Shown here: positions 9,908-20,300 of the stretch, in pieces
Numbering within the stretch: position 1 is the first letter of the stretch
How the letters are laid out: the number at the start of each line of letters is the position of its first letter
Origin: a virus
Strand: one strand, 5' to 3'
IMG/VR virus record: IMGVR_UViG_3300020578_000011
DNA length: 64,000 nt
Program-made: the position numbers and the translations under genes
The notes under the pieces: model-generated
What the model was told of the DNA's origin: nothing
Seen by the model: only the letters and a program-made list of their open reading frames with translations
Database searches by the model: none

Positions 9908-10844
9908 AGAATTAATAGAACTTTATAAATCAAAACCAGAACTAATAGACGAGCACAAGAAACTTGTTCAAGTTCTTCGCCACGGCACCGATACTGAACA
10001 AAAAAAAGAAGCAGAACGTCAGCTAAAAGAACTTAAAGAAATGTTAAATAAAGAAGAGAAAAACTCTGATGATAAAAAAACACACTTGTCTACAGATGGA
10101 AAAACCTTTATCAATGGTTCTAGCATTAAAAAAATCTTAGATAGAGGGGTGAAGAATGGAGTGCAAACAAGAACATATGAAATGCATGATGGATCTGTAA
10201 AAGAAGCATACTTTCCCCACTATGAAGAATTAAAAAATTCTCCTAATCATTATCAATTAAGTAAACTAACTAAAGAAGAATTAGAAAAAAGATGCTGGGA
10301 AGGATACAGACCCGTTGCCGGTAAAAAGCCGTATGAAAAGGGCTCTTGCGAACCTGTGTCAAAGCAAGAAGTGTTAAAAATAGAAAAAAATGGCCAATGG
10401 TCTCTTGATAAGAGCAATAATATAAAACCTTTTGGTGAAAATATATTTGATACTACAGCAAATATTCAAAGAAAAGCTAAAAGACTTGGTGAGGTTCAAG
10501 AAGGAGTGGGTGCTAATCAAGCTGTTCATCCGTTCACAGGCCTTTGAGGAACTGCTAATGAACAAGCAAAAAGAAAATCTCAAGAAGACATTGAACAAAG
10601 CAAGAAAAAAGTAACTTCATACGATTTTTCTGGCGTCAAGCCAGAGCACCATGCTCAGGTTGTGGAAAGAATCAAAGCAGGAGAGGGTATCGAGACTTTA
10701 TCTGAACTTGGTTTGAAACAAATTATAAGCGATTCTGCTAGTGTTAAAAGAAAAGAAAAAGCTAGTAGAAAAAGAAAAAATAAATCAATTGATTTAGGTG
10801 TTCTAAAACTTAAAAAAAAGAAAAAACCTAAAAATAATATATGA
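9900..10844 (+). CDS. KNGQWSL-motif protein 3, interrupted by one in-frame TGA at 10545-10547
   Basis: ORFs 9900..10547 and 10662..10844 are in the same frame and open between them (GTANEQAKRKSQEDIEQ...). Contains a CWEGY...GSC module and EKNGQWSLDKS. Confidence 0.6.
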
Positions 10845-10879
10845 TATTATAATTAATAATATTAATAAAGGTTTGTTTT

Positions 10880-11302
10880 ATGAACGATGACAAAATAGAT
10901 GATCTTAAAAAAGAAATGTCAGACGTAAGATATACCACGTCTCAAATAAATGAAAAAGTTAATGATATTAAATTAGATATTGCTTCTCATGTTGCTGATT
11001 TTCGTGAACAAGTTGTAACACAAAAACACATGCAAGAAAATCTAAGCATGATTGCCAAGGCTCTTCAACAGAACACAGATAGTTTAATAGAACATATGGC
11101 AAGAACAAAGACAAATGAAGTTGCCATAGAAGAATTAAAAAACATATCCATCAATATTGATAAAAGATTAAGTCCATTAGAGATAAGTCAGATAGAAAAA
11201 AATACAATAAATAAAATATGGAAAAAAATAGGCTGGGCAATAGGAACAATTGCCACTCTAGTGTCTTTCGTGTATACAATATTTAATATTTTATCAAAAT
11301 GA
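10880..11302 (+). CDS. Coiled-coil protein with C-terminal TM helix (holin/XhlA-like)
   Basis: C-terminal IGWAIGTIATLVSFVYTIFNIL; upstream TGATATTAT box. Confidence 0.5.
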   Translation: MNDDKIDDLKKEMSDVRYTTSQINEKVNDIKLDIASHVADFREQVVTQKHMQENLSMIAKALQQNTDSLIEHMARTKTNEVAIEELKNISINIDKRLSPLEISQIEKNTINKIWKKIGWAIGTIATLVSFVYTIFNILSK

Positions 11303-11336
11303 GTATAATTATGTTGATCATTGGAGATGTTTTTAA

Positions 11337-12056
11337 ATGGGAAAGATTTTAATAGGCAAAGATGATTCTTCTCTTAAAGAATCAAGTTTTAAAAAAGAAA
11401 ATCAATTTGAAACATTATTTAATAAAATTAAAGATATAGAAACCCTTCTCTTTTCTTCAGAGAAAACCGATTATTCTTATGATGTTGATTTTAAATCATT
11501 ATTAAAATCTCAAGATTTAAATAGTTTACAAGAAAATTTAAACAACATTGATAAAAAAACAAACGTTCTAGAAAAAACAGATTTTAAAATAAAATCAATT
11601 CTAGAATCATTGGAGCTTTTTGCCTTAAATAATAACGAATTAAAAGAACTTATAAAACAAACATTGCAACATGTAAACGAACTCGAACTAAACTATATAA
11701 ATCTTAACAATGCAGCAAAACAAGAATATATTAATTATTTTAAATTTTTGGAAATAAATTTAGTAAAAACACTAAATGAAATAAGCATTATAAATTCAAA
11801 GATTGATGAGCAAAATAAAAACAATAAAAATAATTTTTTATTAGATAGTCTTGAAAAAATAAAAGAAGAAAATAACAACAACAATACTCAATTAGCCATT
11901 TTATTAAATCATCTTATTGTTGAATTTAAAAATTTTAAAACAAATCAAGGTAGAAAAGAAGAAGAGGAGAATGTTAGACAAAAAAGATTAAAATTTATAT
12001 TAAAAATTTGTATTACCTTAAATATTGTATCGGTTTTATTTGCATATTTTTTATAA
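11337..12056 (+). CDS. Coiled-coil tail-anchored membrane protein
   Basis: C-terminal hydrophobic helix FILKICITLNIVSVLFAYFL. Confidence 0.5.
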   Translation: MGKILIGKDDSSLKESSFKKENQFETLFNKIKDIETLLFSSEKTDYSYDVDFKSLLKSQDLNSLQENLNNIDKKTNVLEKTDFKIKSILESLELFALNNNELKELIKQTLQHVNELELNYINLNNAAKQEYINYFKFLEINLVKTLNEISIINSKIDEQNKNNKNNFLLDSLEKIKEENNNNNTQLAILLNHLIVEFKNFKTNQGRKEEEENVRQKRLKFILKICITLNIVSVLFAYFL

Positions 12057-12104
12057 AACTTTAACATAAATGCGAGAGTTTTCATCTTTTAAGGAGGCTA
12101 AAAG

Positions 12105-12899
12105 ATGGCCGGAAATGCTACAAAATCTAGTTCTTTAACACATATAAGTCAAGCTACGCTTGATGAAATTAGTCAATCTGTTAAAACAACCGTTTTAATT
12201 GATGGTGAACCAGTTAGTCATTCCAATCCCTTACCTATAGACGCAAACATAACAGTTCAATCTATTCAAACAACTTCTAATGTTAGAATAGAAGCCAACA
12301 ACCAATCAGTAAGTGATTCAAATCCTCTTCCTGTATACGGTTCTGTTGATGTTGATGGATTAAAAGTAAATGGTTTTTATGTAAGTCAATCAAATCCTCT
12401 ACCTGTGGATCTAACAGATGTAGAAATTGCTGTTTCTTTAAATAAAAATTCAGATTCAGTTCAGTCTTTTCAGGGTGAGTCTTCTCCAGGGGTAGTTGTC
12501 CCATGGAAAGTCGAATCTGAGAATTTAGATATAAGAAACATAAACCATACAATAGATAGTATAAAAATAGGAAATGGATCGACTTTTCTTCATATCGACC
12601 AAGATGGAAGCATTAACACAGTCTCTGTATTAGAGCAAACTTATTTAAGTGCAAATATAATAGTAGGAACTTCTCAAATTGAAATTAAAACAGGAATATC
12701 TAGATTAAGCAGTCGCAAGATGGTCAGTGTTCATAATTATGGTCCTAATATTATATACATAGGCCCCAGTGGAGTAACTTCGACAACGGGAAGACCTCTT
12801 TTTGTGGACCAGTGCATGGATATGCCAATAGGTAACATGGCTGTGTACGCTATTTCAGAAGAACCAGGAAATTCTATAATAGTTCAGGAGATTGGTTGA
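12105..12899 (+). CDS. Virion structural protein with (V)S.SNPLP(V) repeats
   Basis: SD AAGGAGG; three S.SNPLP repeats; beta-rich C-terminal domain (V.N.G...IYIG...V....G.PL). Confidence 0.6.
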   Translation: MAGNATKSSSLTHISQATLDEISQSVKTTVLIDGEPVSHSNPLPIDANITVQSIQTTSNVRIEANNQSVSDSNPLPVYGSVDVDGLKVNGFYVSQSNPLPVDLTDVEIAVSLNKNSDSVQSFQGESSPGVVVPWKVESENLDIRNINHTIDSIKIGNGSTFLHIDQDGSINTVSVLEQTYLSANIIVGTSQIEIKTGISRLSSRKMVSVHNYGPNIIYIGPSGVTSTTGRPLFVDQCMDMPIGNMAVYAISEEPGNSIIVQEIG

Positions 12900-13318
12900 T
12901 GATTAGAGTATCGCCAACAGCAAGATCAATTCCTTTCGATAAAATAAACTCTAATGTAAATTTTAATAATTTACAAGAAGCAGTTGAATCTTTAAATAGT
13001 GAAATAATAATTGTTCAAAATGAAACAGCAGCTGTATATGATTCTATAAAAGCATACAGAGATGAGTTCATTGTCACTCAAAGTGTGATTCAAAACGGAA
13101 TTGAATTATCAGCGTCAAAGGTATCCGACATAATTCCTAATTCTGTAATTGCTTTTGTAGATAGAGTAGGTTTGTTTGAGAATTTTGATTTTCAATTAAT
13201 AAATGGACCGAATGATAAGGTTAAATTTAACTTTCTTCAACAAGCAACAGATATTCAAAATGGCTTTGTAGAAGGCGGTGAGTATTTAAGAATTCATTAT
13301 TTAACTAGATTAAAATAA
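12899..13318 (+). CDS. Putative virion structural protein
   Basis: TGATG overlap; C-terminal domain resembles the C-terminus of 13375..14418. Confidence 0.55.
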   Translation: MIRVSPTARSIPFDKINSNVNFNNLQEAVESLNSEIIIVQNETAAVYDSIKAYRDEFIVTQSVIQNGIELSASKVSDIIPNSVIAFVDRVGLFENFDFQLINGPNDKVKFNFLQQATDIQNGFVEGGEYLRIHYLTRLK

Positions 13319-13334
13319 TCTAAGCCTGAAGTCA

Positions 13335-13376
13335 TGATACAATTATCGTATCTTGATCCAAAAGGAGAGATACGAT
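13335..13376 (+). promoter_or_regulatory. Late-type promoter (TGATACAAT) overlapping an RBS-sequestering hairpin
   Basis: ATCGTATCT (13345-13353) pairs with AGATACGAT (13368-13376, includes AT of ATG); TCC pairs with GGA of the SD. Confidence 0.6.
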
Positions 13377-14418
13377 GGCTTTGCAAATTAAAAGTAAATT
13401 TATTCAAGATGAAGCAATTGATGGTGATAAACTTAAATTAAAATCAGGTCAAGCTGTCCGCTTGCGAAAAGCAGACAATACTGAAGTTCGTTTAATTGAA
13501 CTTGATGAGGCTTCTGGAAAAGTAGAAGTACTTGGTCAACCTATTGCTTTAGAGGCAGCTCTTCTTCAAGAAGTACAAGATCGCATAGCTGGCGATGATG
13601 CACTAGACACAAGATTAGATATTATAGAAGGACCAGATACTCAAGCTGGATCTATTTTAAAAGCTTTAAAAGATGCAAAAGCATATGTAGATGATGTTGT
13701 TGGTGTTTCTTCTACCGTTGTATCTACCTTTGCAAATCTTTCTACCTACATGTCAGATGGAGATGCAGCAACTGGCCTTATCAATAGTGTCGGTGCTGTT
13801 CGCGATGAGTTAGATGCAACTCAATCTGGTGCTGGATTAAATTCAAACGGTTCCTATTATGCAAATGGTTCAGCAAATTATATTGCAGCAGCTGTTTCAT
13901 TAAAAGATGCTGATAATAAATTAGATGCTGCAATAAAAGCAGAAGAAGCTAGAGCACTAGCGGCCGAAGCAGCCGAAGCATCTGCTCGCCAAGCTGCAGA
14001 TTCAGCTCTCCAATCTGATATAGATGCAGAAGAAGCTAGAGCACTAGCAGCCGAAGCAGCTCTCCAATCTGACATAGATGCAGAAGAAGCTAGAGCGTCA
14101 GGCGCAGAGACAGCATTAGATGGCCGCTTGGATGTTTTAGAAGCTCGTCTTTTTCGTAAACAAAAATTTACATTAGTAGCTCAAGATATCACAAATGGAT
14201 ACGTTGAGCTTTCATTAGAAGCTATGGAAAATTCAATCGTGGCATCTGTTGGTCGTCTAATGATACATGAAGGAGTGGGAGAAGATTTTACTGTTTCTGT
14301 TGTTGGTCCAGTTGGAGCTAAAAAAACTCGTATTACATTTGTGGGAAATTTAATTGAACCTAGTGAAGAAAAATTAGAAGCTGGTGATGTTTTATACGTT
14401 CGTTATATGAATGTTTAA
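13375..14418 (+). CDS. Fibre/whisker protein with trimeric coiled-coil ([10 protein letters not shown]) repeats
   Basis: Ala-rich heptad repeats shared with 17397..22583. Confidence 0.7.
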   Translation: MALQIKSKFIQDEAIDGDKLKLKSGQAVRLRKADNTEVRLIELDEASGKVEVLGQPIALEAALLQEVQDRIAGDDALDTRLDIIEGPDTQAGSILKALKDAKAYVDDVVGVSSTVVSTFANLSTYMSDGDAATGLINSVGAVRDELDATQSGAGLNSNGSYYANGSANYIAAAVSLKDADNKLDAAIKAEEARALAAEAAEASARQAADSALQSDIDAEEARALAAEAALQSDIDAEEARASGAETALDGRLDVLEARLFRKQKFTLVAQDITNGYVELSLEAMENSIVASVGRLMIHEGVGEDFTVSVVGPVGAKKTRITFVGNLIEPSEEKLEAGDVLYVRYMNV

Positions 14419-14518
14419 TAAATACTAATATTTCTATATGATATAATATACACAAGTCATTTTTATAGATAACTTGTGTATATTTTTTATAAAATACTTG
14501 TTTTTTAAAGGAGATAGT

Positions 14519-14872
14519 GTGAGTTTTGCTAAAAAATATGCAACAAGTCAATTAGGTGTCCTTGAATACAAAGGAACATGGAACGCAAACTCAAATTATC
14601 CTTCTTTGACTAGTTCCGTTGGCGACAAAGGTGATTATTATATTGTATCTGTTGCTGGTGCAGCACCATTAAATGGAATAACCGATTGGCAACCCGGAGA
14701 TTGGGTTATTTTTTCCGGAACTGAATGGCAAAAACTTGATAATAGTGAAAGTGTTACAAGTGTAAATGGACAAACCGGAAATGTGGTTATAGACCAAATC
14801 GGCGAACTAGATGGCGGCGAAGCACATACCCTTTATGGTGGAAATGGCGTTTTTAGCGGAGGAGGTGCATAA
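14519..14872 (+). CDS. Tail fibre-associated protein
   Basis: GTG start after GGAG; YKGTWNA..N.P.L....G..GDYY.V...G...W..GDW.I....W.K.DN and VTSVNGQTG.V fibre motifs. Confidence 0.7.
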   Translation: MSFAKKYATSQLGVLEYKGTWNANSNYPSLTSSVGDKGDYYIVSVAGAAPLNGITDWQPGDWVIFSGTEWQKLDNSESVTSVNGQTGNVVIDQIGELDGGEAHTLYGGNGVFSGGGA

Positions 14873-15114
14873 TGGCAGTTAAAATTCAACTTCGACGAGA
14901 TACTGCGGCAAATTGGCAAAGTGTCAACCCAGTATTATCTATTGGCGAACCTGCGATTGAAATTGATACAGGTCAAGTCAAAATCGGAAATGGTGTTGAC
15001 GCTTGGAACTCTTTACAATATACCCTAAATATTGAACGGCTTGAGAATATCGATGGCGGAACGCCAAGTAGTAATTATGTTTCAGCACAAAGCATATCAG
15101 GAGGAACACCCTAA
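14872..15114 (+). CDS. Stand-alone Mtd_N (major tropism determinant N-terminal-like) protein
   Basis: IQLRRDTAANW...NPVL..GE...E.DT...KIGNG...W..L.Y. Confidence 0.8.
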   Translation: MAVKIQLRRDTAANWQSVNPVLSIGEPAIEIDTGQVKIGNGVDAWNSLQYTLNIERLENIDGGTPSSNYVSAQSISGGTP

Positions 15115-16340
15115 TGGCTATTCAAATTCAACTTCGACGCGGAACCGCTGCACAATGGACTGCAGCAAATCCCGTTTTGGCTCAAGGTGAAATGGGCGTA
15201 GAAACAGATACACAACAGTTTAAGATTGGTAATGGGACAACCGCATGGAGTTCGCTTAGTTACGGTGGGTTGCAAGGCGCCACCGTTTCGTCAGTAAATG
15301 GTCTGGTCGGAGCGGTTAGCTTAGGTTCTGACCAAGTTTCTGAAGGTTCGCAAAATCTTTACTTTACTGAAACGCGAGCAAAAAGCGCCGCAGTTATTAA
15401 TAATATGTCTGGTTTGCAATCAGATGCAGCTCCGTCTGTATCTGCCGTTAAAGATTACGCTGCGCAATATATGAAAAAAGGCTCTGCAATTTGGTGCCTA
15501 GCCGGAGGCGAATACCCAACCTTGCAAGCAGCTATTGACGCGGCATCTCCGGGACAAGTTATCTTACTTGGCGAAGGCGTTTGGGGAGACGCAACGCTCA
15601 AGGGGCGCGTTGATATTATTGGATTGGGTGTGCCAAGAAACATCGGTATTGTTGTTGGCAAGCTTAGCTTTGCTCCAACAAGTGGCTCAGCTGTAGACAA
15701 CCAAGTGTTTATTTCAAATATACTCATTAGTGCCAGTTCTGCAGCCAGCGGCATTTCACTTGGCGGTACAGCTCCAGTGCGCCTTAATTTAAGTGGTTGC
15801 TACGTGTACAGAGGATCTGGGACATCGAGCTTGGTAAGTCTAACAAATACAGATACATCTGCCACAAGTGTCAGAATGGACGGATGTACTATTAATTCCG
15901 GCGGAGCAGACGGAACGTTGGTTACAACGAATGTAAGATTCTTAAGAATTACTAATTCTGACCTTTATGGAGCATCAAAAGCATTGGTTGTAAACGGTGG
16001 CCTTGCGCAAGTTGCATTTTCGGGTATTGAAACCAATTCTGCTACTGAAATCATTCAGGTTGCGGCGGGAGCGACATGTGCAATTAGTTCATCCCTTGTT
16101 CGTAACCTAACCGCAAACGGAAGCGGAGTTTCTGTTGCTACAAATGGTGCGTTTGTCGCTTCTACTCTTACTATGTTTGATGTGGCAAGTGGCACAGGAT
16201 ACTGCGTAAGAGGTACCGGAACAATGATTTATGATGTTATTTCTTTTAATCATATTAATGGTTTGCAGCCAAGAAATATAAAATTGCAAAATACTCTTGG
16301 GATTGTTCAATTGCCTTCTACTCCTACCTTGGTGCCATAA
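15114..16340 (+). CDS. Mtd_N-anchored tail spike with probable beta-helix
   Basis: Mtd_N N-terminus, SVNG..G.V motif, YPTLQAAIDAA entry motif, then beta-solenoid-like sequence. Confidence 0.75.
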   Translation: MAIQIQLRRGTAAQWTAANPVLAQGEMGVETDTQQFKIGNGTTAWSSLSYGGLQGATVSSVNGLVGAVSLGSDQVSEGSQNLYFTETRAKSAAVINNMSGLQSDAAPSVSAVKDYAAQYMKKGSAIWCLAGGEYPTLQAAIDAASPGQVILLGEGVWGDATLKGRVDIIGLGVPRNIGIVVGKLSFAPTSGSAVDNQVFISNILISASSAASGISLGGTAPVRLNLSGCYVYRGSGTSSLVSLTNTDTSATSVRMDGCTINSGGADGTLVTTNVRFLRITNSDLYGASKALVVNGGLAQVAFSGIETNSATEIIQVAAGATCAISSSLVRNLTANGSGVSVATNGAFVASTLTMFDVASGTGYCVRGTGTMIYDVISFNHINGLQPRNIKLQNTLGIVQLPSTPTLVP

Positions 16341-16660
16341 TGATTGTTGGCCACTTAAAAGATGAACTTCTGGATCATGTTGAAAAAGATGAATTAACAG
16401 AACAAGATCGTAATATGTATAAAGAAACTAGTCAATGTTCACAGGGGCATGAAGGTTCTGTTGTTCTTGTTGAAGAAAAGAAAGACTAGTATATTAAATT
16501 TATAATTTTTAAAATTAATCAAAATGAATTCAAATCTCCAGTGTTTGAAACAAAATCATTAAATAAATGTTTAAATTTTATATATACACAAATTTCTGAA
16601 TATTTATTTTCTATTGAAAAGAATGATGATTTTAAAAATGAGTTAGGTTATTTAACCTAA
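16340..16660 (+). CDS. Small hypothetical protein with in-frame TAG at 16487-16489
   Basis: ATG overlaps the upstream stop (TAATG); 49 codons, TAG, then 56 further sense codons to TAA 16660. Confidence 0.45.
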
Positions 16661-16723
16661 CAATTGTGATATATTTTATGTGTAATACTTACACGTTTAA
16701 ACGTGAACAGAAAGGTAACAATA

Positions 16724-17380
16724 ATGGCTCTTTCTAGTAAAGCTCGTAAAGTACTTGAAGTAGGTTTGGCAAATAGATCAGTCGCTCGTGAAATTGCAGA
16801 TGCAATCGACTCGGGCGGAGGCGGAGGCGTTGCTGGTCCACAAGGTCCTGCTGGTGCCGTTGGTCCACAAGGTCCTGCTGGTGCTGCTGGTCCACAAGGT
16901 CCTGCTGGTGCTGCTGGTCCACAAGGTCCTGCTGGTGCTGCTGGTGCTGCTGGTCCACAAGGTCCTGCTGGTGCCGCTGGTGGAGCTCCGGTATCTAAAT
17001 TTATAGAATTATCATCCGGCGCAAGAGTTAGAATCTCTGCTTTTGGATCTCAATCAGATGTAAATAGCGTATCAATGGTTTTATCAGGTGGCAATACGCT
17101 TACAATAAGCAACGTTGCAAGTTCTCTTGTGTTGCATGATGTAACTATCTCATACGACGCAGGCATTAATGCATCTGCTAGTTTTAGTTTAGTTTATCCA
17201 GAGCCACATGCTCAAACCGACCTTCTTCTTACAAAGTTTCCTATAATGCAGCATTTTAATGCAGTTGGTGTTATACAGCTATCTAATAGCATAGCCGTAG
17301 CAAACAATGCTGGTGTTGTTACTGTAAGTAAGAGTAGTTTGGCTTCTGGTTCAGGCGCATTTTTTAAAGTACATTTTTAA
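16724..17380 (+). CDS. Short collagen-like fibre/decoration protein
   Basis: ATG 16724 after AAGG; (GPQGPAGAA)n; N-terminal anchor similar to that of the 62190 gene. Confidence 0.75.
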   Translation: MALSSKARKVLEVGLANRSVAREIADAIDSGGGGGVAGPQGPAGAVGPQGPAGAAGPQGPAGAAGPQGPAGAAGAAGPQGPAGAAGGAPVSKFIELSSGARVRISAFGSQSDVNSVSMVLSGGNTLTISNVASSLVLHDVTISYDAGINASASFSLVYPEPHAQTDLLLTKFPIMQHFNAVGVIQLSNSIAVANNAGVVTVSKSSLASGSGAFFKVHF

Positions 17381-17396
17381 TTAAGGAAAAAACACA

Positions 17397-20300
17397 ATGT
17401 CACAACCTATTTTAAACGCCAAGATAACATTAAATTCAGTTGCTCCTGTCGGTGTTGGTAATATTTCTTGGAATGTTAGTTTTTCTGTTTTAGATTTAGA
17501 AGGTGTTTTTAGTGGGTTGGATGTTGCTGTTAATGATATTCTTTTACTAGATACATCAGGCGACACACTTGGAACTGTTACTCAATATAAAATTACTAAT
17601 ATTTCTAGCAAAACTTTTGCACAAGTTTCTTGTACTGTTTCGTTAGATGATGACAACGTATCTGCTCCAGATTTAAATGCAGCATTAGGTTTAGACGGAG
17701 CTGTTATTAGACAGACAGCTAACAAACGATTAAACATCGTTCCCGCACCAGGTGTTCAAGGTCTTCCTGATAAATTTGCTATTTATCCACTCAACTCTAA
17801 TTCAAAATCAAAAATAGATGTATTAGTTGGAGCTCAAGGAGAAGCTGGTCCACAGGGTCCACAAGGCGAAATGGGCCCACAAGGCCCACAGGGTCCACAA
17901 GGTCCGCAGGGTGAAATAGGTCTGCAAGGTCCTGCCGGAGTAAATGGCTCCAACGGCCAAGATGGAGCCCAAGGTGAAATGGGCCCACAGGGTCCACAAG
18001 GTCCGCAGGGTGAAATAGGTCTGCAAGGTCCTGCCGGAGTAAATGGCTCCAACGGCCAAGATGGAGCCCAAGGTGAAATGGGCCCACAGGGTCCACAAGG
18101 TCCGCAGGGTGAAATAGGTCTGCAAGGTCCTGCCGGAGTAAATGGCTCCAACGGCCAAGATGGAGCCCAAGGTGAAATGGGCCCACAAGGTCCGCAAGGC
18201 GTACAAGGCGAAATGGGTCCACAAGGTCCGCAAGGCGTACAAGGTGCTCAGGGTCTTAAGGGCGACAAAGGCGATCAAGGTGAAATTGGTCCACAAGGTC
18301 CAGCTGGAGTAGACGGTTTGCCAGGGGCAACTGGTGCAGTTGGTGAAATTGGTCCACAAGGTCCACAAGGCGAAATGGGTCCACAAGGTCCACAAGGCGA
18401 AATGGGTCCACAGGGTCCACAGGGTTCGCAAGGTCCGGTTGGGTCTGCTGGAGATAGATACCATACTACATCAGTTTCTGAATTTACAATACAAGCAAGT
18501 GGTCAGTTTTCTGTAATGACCGATGATTTAGGTTTAGATTATTCCATAGCTCAAACTGTAATTTTAGCCTATGATCTAAATAATCATCAACATGCAAAAG
18601 TAGTTAGTTATAATAAAATAACTGGAGAATTAGTTTTAGAAAGAACAGATTCGTCTGGAAGCGGTACATATTCTAGTTGGAGTATCAACTTAGATGGAGC
18701 AGTGGGAATCGAAGGTCCACAGGGTCCAATGGGCCCACAAGGTCTTCAAGGCGTTCCAGGAATCCAAGGTCCACAAGGTATTCAAGGTGCCCAGGGCGCA
18801 GCAGGAAGCAATGCTGTAATAACAGGTGCGGCTTCTTCTGTTGTTGATAGTGATTTAGATTCATTAAAGGTTGTTGTTTCTGATATTTCTGGAAAAATAG
18901 ATTCTTCATTAGTGTCTGTTGATGAATTGAATCATTTATCTGGTGTTGTTTCACCGCTACAAGCTCAATTAAATGCTGAAGCATCTGCTCGCCAAGCAGC
19001 AGATTCAGCTCTCCAATCTGACATAGATGCAGAAGAAGCTAGAGCACTAGCGGCCGAAGCAGCCGAAGCATCTGCTCGCCAAGCTGCAGATTCAGCTCTC
19101 CAATCTGACATAGATGCAGAAGAAGCTAGAGCACTAGCGGCCGAAGCAGCCGAAGCATCTGCTCGCCAAGCAGCAGATTCAGCTCTCCAATCTGACATAG
19201 ATGCAGAAGAAATTAGAGCATTAGCAGCCGAAGCAGCAGAAGCATCTGCTCGCCAAGCAGCAGATTCAGCAGAAGCATCTGCTCGCCAAGCAGCAGTTTC
19301 TGCTCTTCAGTCTGATATAAATGATGAAGCATCTGCTCGCCAAGCTGCAGATTCAGCAGAAGCATCTGCTCGCCAAGCAGCAGATTCAGCTCTCCAATCT
19401 GATATAGATGCAGAAGAAGCTAGAGCACTAGCGGCCGAAGCAGCCGAAGCATCTGCACGTCAAGCAGCAGATTCAGCTCTCCAATCTGATATAGATGCAG
19501 AAGAAGCTAGAGCACTAGCAGCCGAAGCAGCTCTTCAATCTGATATAGATGCAGAAGAAATTAGAGCATTAGCAGCCGAAGCAGCCGAAGCATCTGCTCG
19601 CCAAGCTGCAGATTCAGCTCTCCAATCTGACATAGATGCAGAAGAAGCTAGAGCACTAGCAGCTGAAGCAGCAGAAGCATCAGCTCGTCAAGCAGCAGAT
19701 TCAGCCGAAGCATCTGCTCGCCAAGCAGCAGATTCAGCTCTCCAATCTGATATAGATGCAGAAGAAGCTAGAGCACTAGCAGCCGAAGCAGCAGAAGCAT
19801 CTGCTCGCCAAGCAGCTGATGCAGCAGAAGCATCAGCTCGTCAAGCTGCAGATTCAGCAGAAGCATCTGCACGTCAAGCAGCAGATTCAGCTCTCCAATC
19901 TGACATAGATGCAGAAGAAATTAGAGCATTAGCAGCCGAAGCAGCTCTTCAGTCTGACATAGATGCAGAAATTTTAGCTCGTCAAGCAGCTATATCTCAA
20001 GAGGTGTTAGATAGAAATGCAGCAATACAAACTGCAGTGACTGAATCGATAATTCCAAGAACTGATGTTACTTATGACTTAGGTAGTCCTACTAAAAGAT
20101 TTAAGGATCTTTATTTAAGTGGAAATAGTATTATCTTAGGCGATACAATAATTTCCTCAGACGCTGGTGCATTGGATCTTTCTGCGGGTGCAAAAGTTGG
20201 CGGTGTTTTAATAGCATCAACAGATTTTGTAAATGGTGCAATAACTAACTTAGTTGGCGGTGCTCCTGAGTTATTGAACACATTAAATGAACTTGCTGCT

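Noticed and set aside
16734-19198. Long antisense and alternate-frame ORFs over collagen and coiled-coil repeats
   Set aside because: Shadows of repetitive G-X-Y and Ala-rich coding; no RBS; low-complexity products
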